Assembly: GCA_033764955.1 (NCBI GenBank)
Contig: JANRIL010000041.1
Coordinates: forward strand, 58,408 to 122,407
From: Cyanobacteriota bacterium
GTDB taxonomy: Bacteria > Cyanobacteriota > Cyanobacteriia > Thermostichales > Thermostichaceae
Direction: 5' to 3'
Length of the DNA: 64,000 nucleotides
The notes under the pieces were generated by a model, which worked only from the letters and a program-made list of their open reading frames with translations, ran no database searches and was not told the origin of the DNA. Of the stretch, positions 63,274-64,000 are shown piece after piece. The translations under genes and the position numbers were made by a program. Positions within the stretch are counted from its first letter, which is position 1, and each line of letters starts with the position of its first letter.

Positions 63274-64000
63274 GTGACATTCTCCCGATGCTCACCCTAG
63301 CGGGTAGAGGGCGGGCTTCCCTTCCTTGCGGTTGGGTTTTCCTGCTTCATCGGGGTTCCCAAGCAACCATCCTCCACAGGCAGTATCACCGACTGTCCAT
63401 CGGCTACAAGTACAAGACCTCGTTGCATCACCACTTGAGCAGCAGCAACATCTCGGTCAGTCGTATATCCACATTGATCACAATCATGCACCCGTTCGCT
63501 GAGTGTCTTCTTTCCAGTACGCGCTCCACACTGGGGGCAGGTTTGGCTTGTTCGATTCGGGTCAACCTTAGCAAAGTAGACTCCACGCTTCCAGGACACC
63601 CACTTGAGGATTTCCAGAAAACTACCCCAAGCAGCATCCAAACAATGCGTTGCCAACATCCCGCGACTAGTCATCTTGAGGTTCAAGTCCTCAGCAAAAA
63701 TCATCCCAGCGATGTCGCAAAGCCTGTGCGCTGTCAGGAAGTGGAACTCACGACGAACATTGTGGATGTGTTCGTGCACTGCACGAATCTTGGCTTGAGT
63801 CTTCCGGTAGTTGACAGAACCCTTTTCCTTGTTTCTCAATTTGCGTTGCAGCCATCGAAGCTTGCTTTGCAAGTCAACAAAAAAACGAGGGCGTTCAACC
63901 AACTTACCAGTCGATACAGCCAAGAACGTTTCCAGCCCCAAGTCAATGCCGATAGGTTCGCCATGCGGCATGATTTCAGGAACGGAAACATCGGCTTGCA
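63274..64000 (-). mobile_element. IS200/IS605-family element, right end
   Basis: tnpB followed by a subterminal hairpin and ...GGGAGAATGTCAC end at 63274. Confidence 0.8.
63297..64000 (-). CDS. tnpB: TnpB RNA-guided endonuclease (5' part outside the window)
   Basis: RuvC GIDLG, AEDL, DRD; zinc finger CPQC..CDQC. Confidence 0.95.
   Translation of the reverse strand, partial: QADVSVPEIMPHGEPIGIDLGLETFLAVSTGKLVERPRFFVDLQSKLRWLQRKLRNKEKGSVNYRKTQAKIRAVHEHIHNVRREFHFLTAHRLCDIAGMIFAEDLNLKMTSRGMLATHCLDAAWGSFLEILKWVSWKRGVYFAKVDPNRTSQTCPQCGARTGKKTLSERVHDCDQCGYTTDRDVAAAQVVMQRGLVLVADGQSVILPVEDGCLGTPMKQENPTARKGSPPSTR

Overview
Cyanobacterial chromosomal window. The abundant GGGATCCC octamer matches the HIP variant known from hot-spring Synechococcus/Thermostichus-type genomes. 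Most of the window is ordinary: PadR/RND efflux cluster, glgB, hemF, ycf34, c-di-GMP signalling genes, tRNA-Leu(CAA), a copper-type P1B-ATPase/chaperone/MerR locus, aspS, srxA, corA, trpS, upp, pgl, photolyase, rbfA and the right end of a TnpB element. The stand-out is a polymorphic toxin array on the minus strand at 1-6044. One full-length lipoprotein (lipobox, 8-Cys domain, poly-Pro stalk, pre-toxin beta domain, AHH nuclease) is followed by an Imm11-like immunity gene and then at least three headless toxin cassettes; the first two are followed by their own immunity gene and the last runs off the window. Two cassettes begin with near-identical copies of the toxin's internal Pro-rich linker (63 bp identical in one case), which suggests tip exchange by recombination. 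Smaller finds: a C9 frameshift that removes the terminal Cys of the MerR regulator, a canonical NtcA promoter before an unannotated 71-aa gene, a putA remnant beside the tRNA, and a TnpB guide antisense to the rbfA 3' end. All family calls come from motif recognition by eye; no searches were run.
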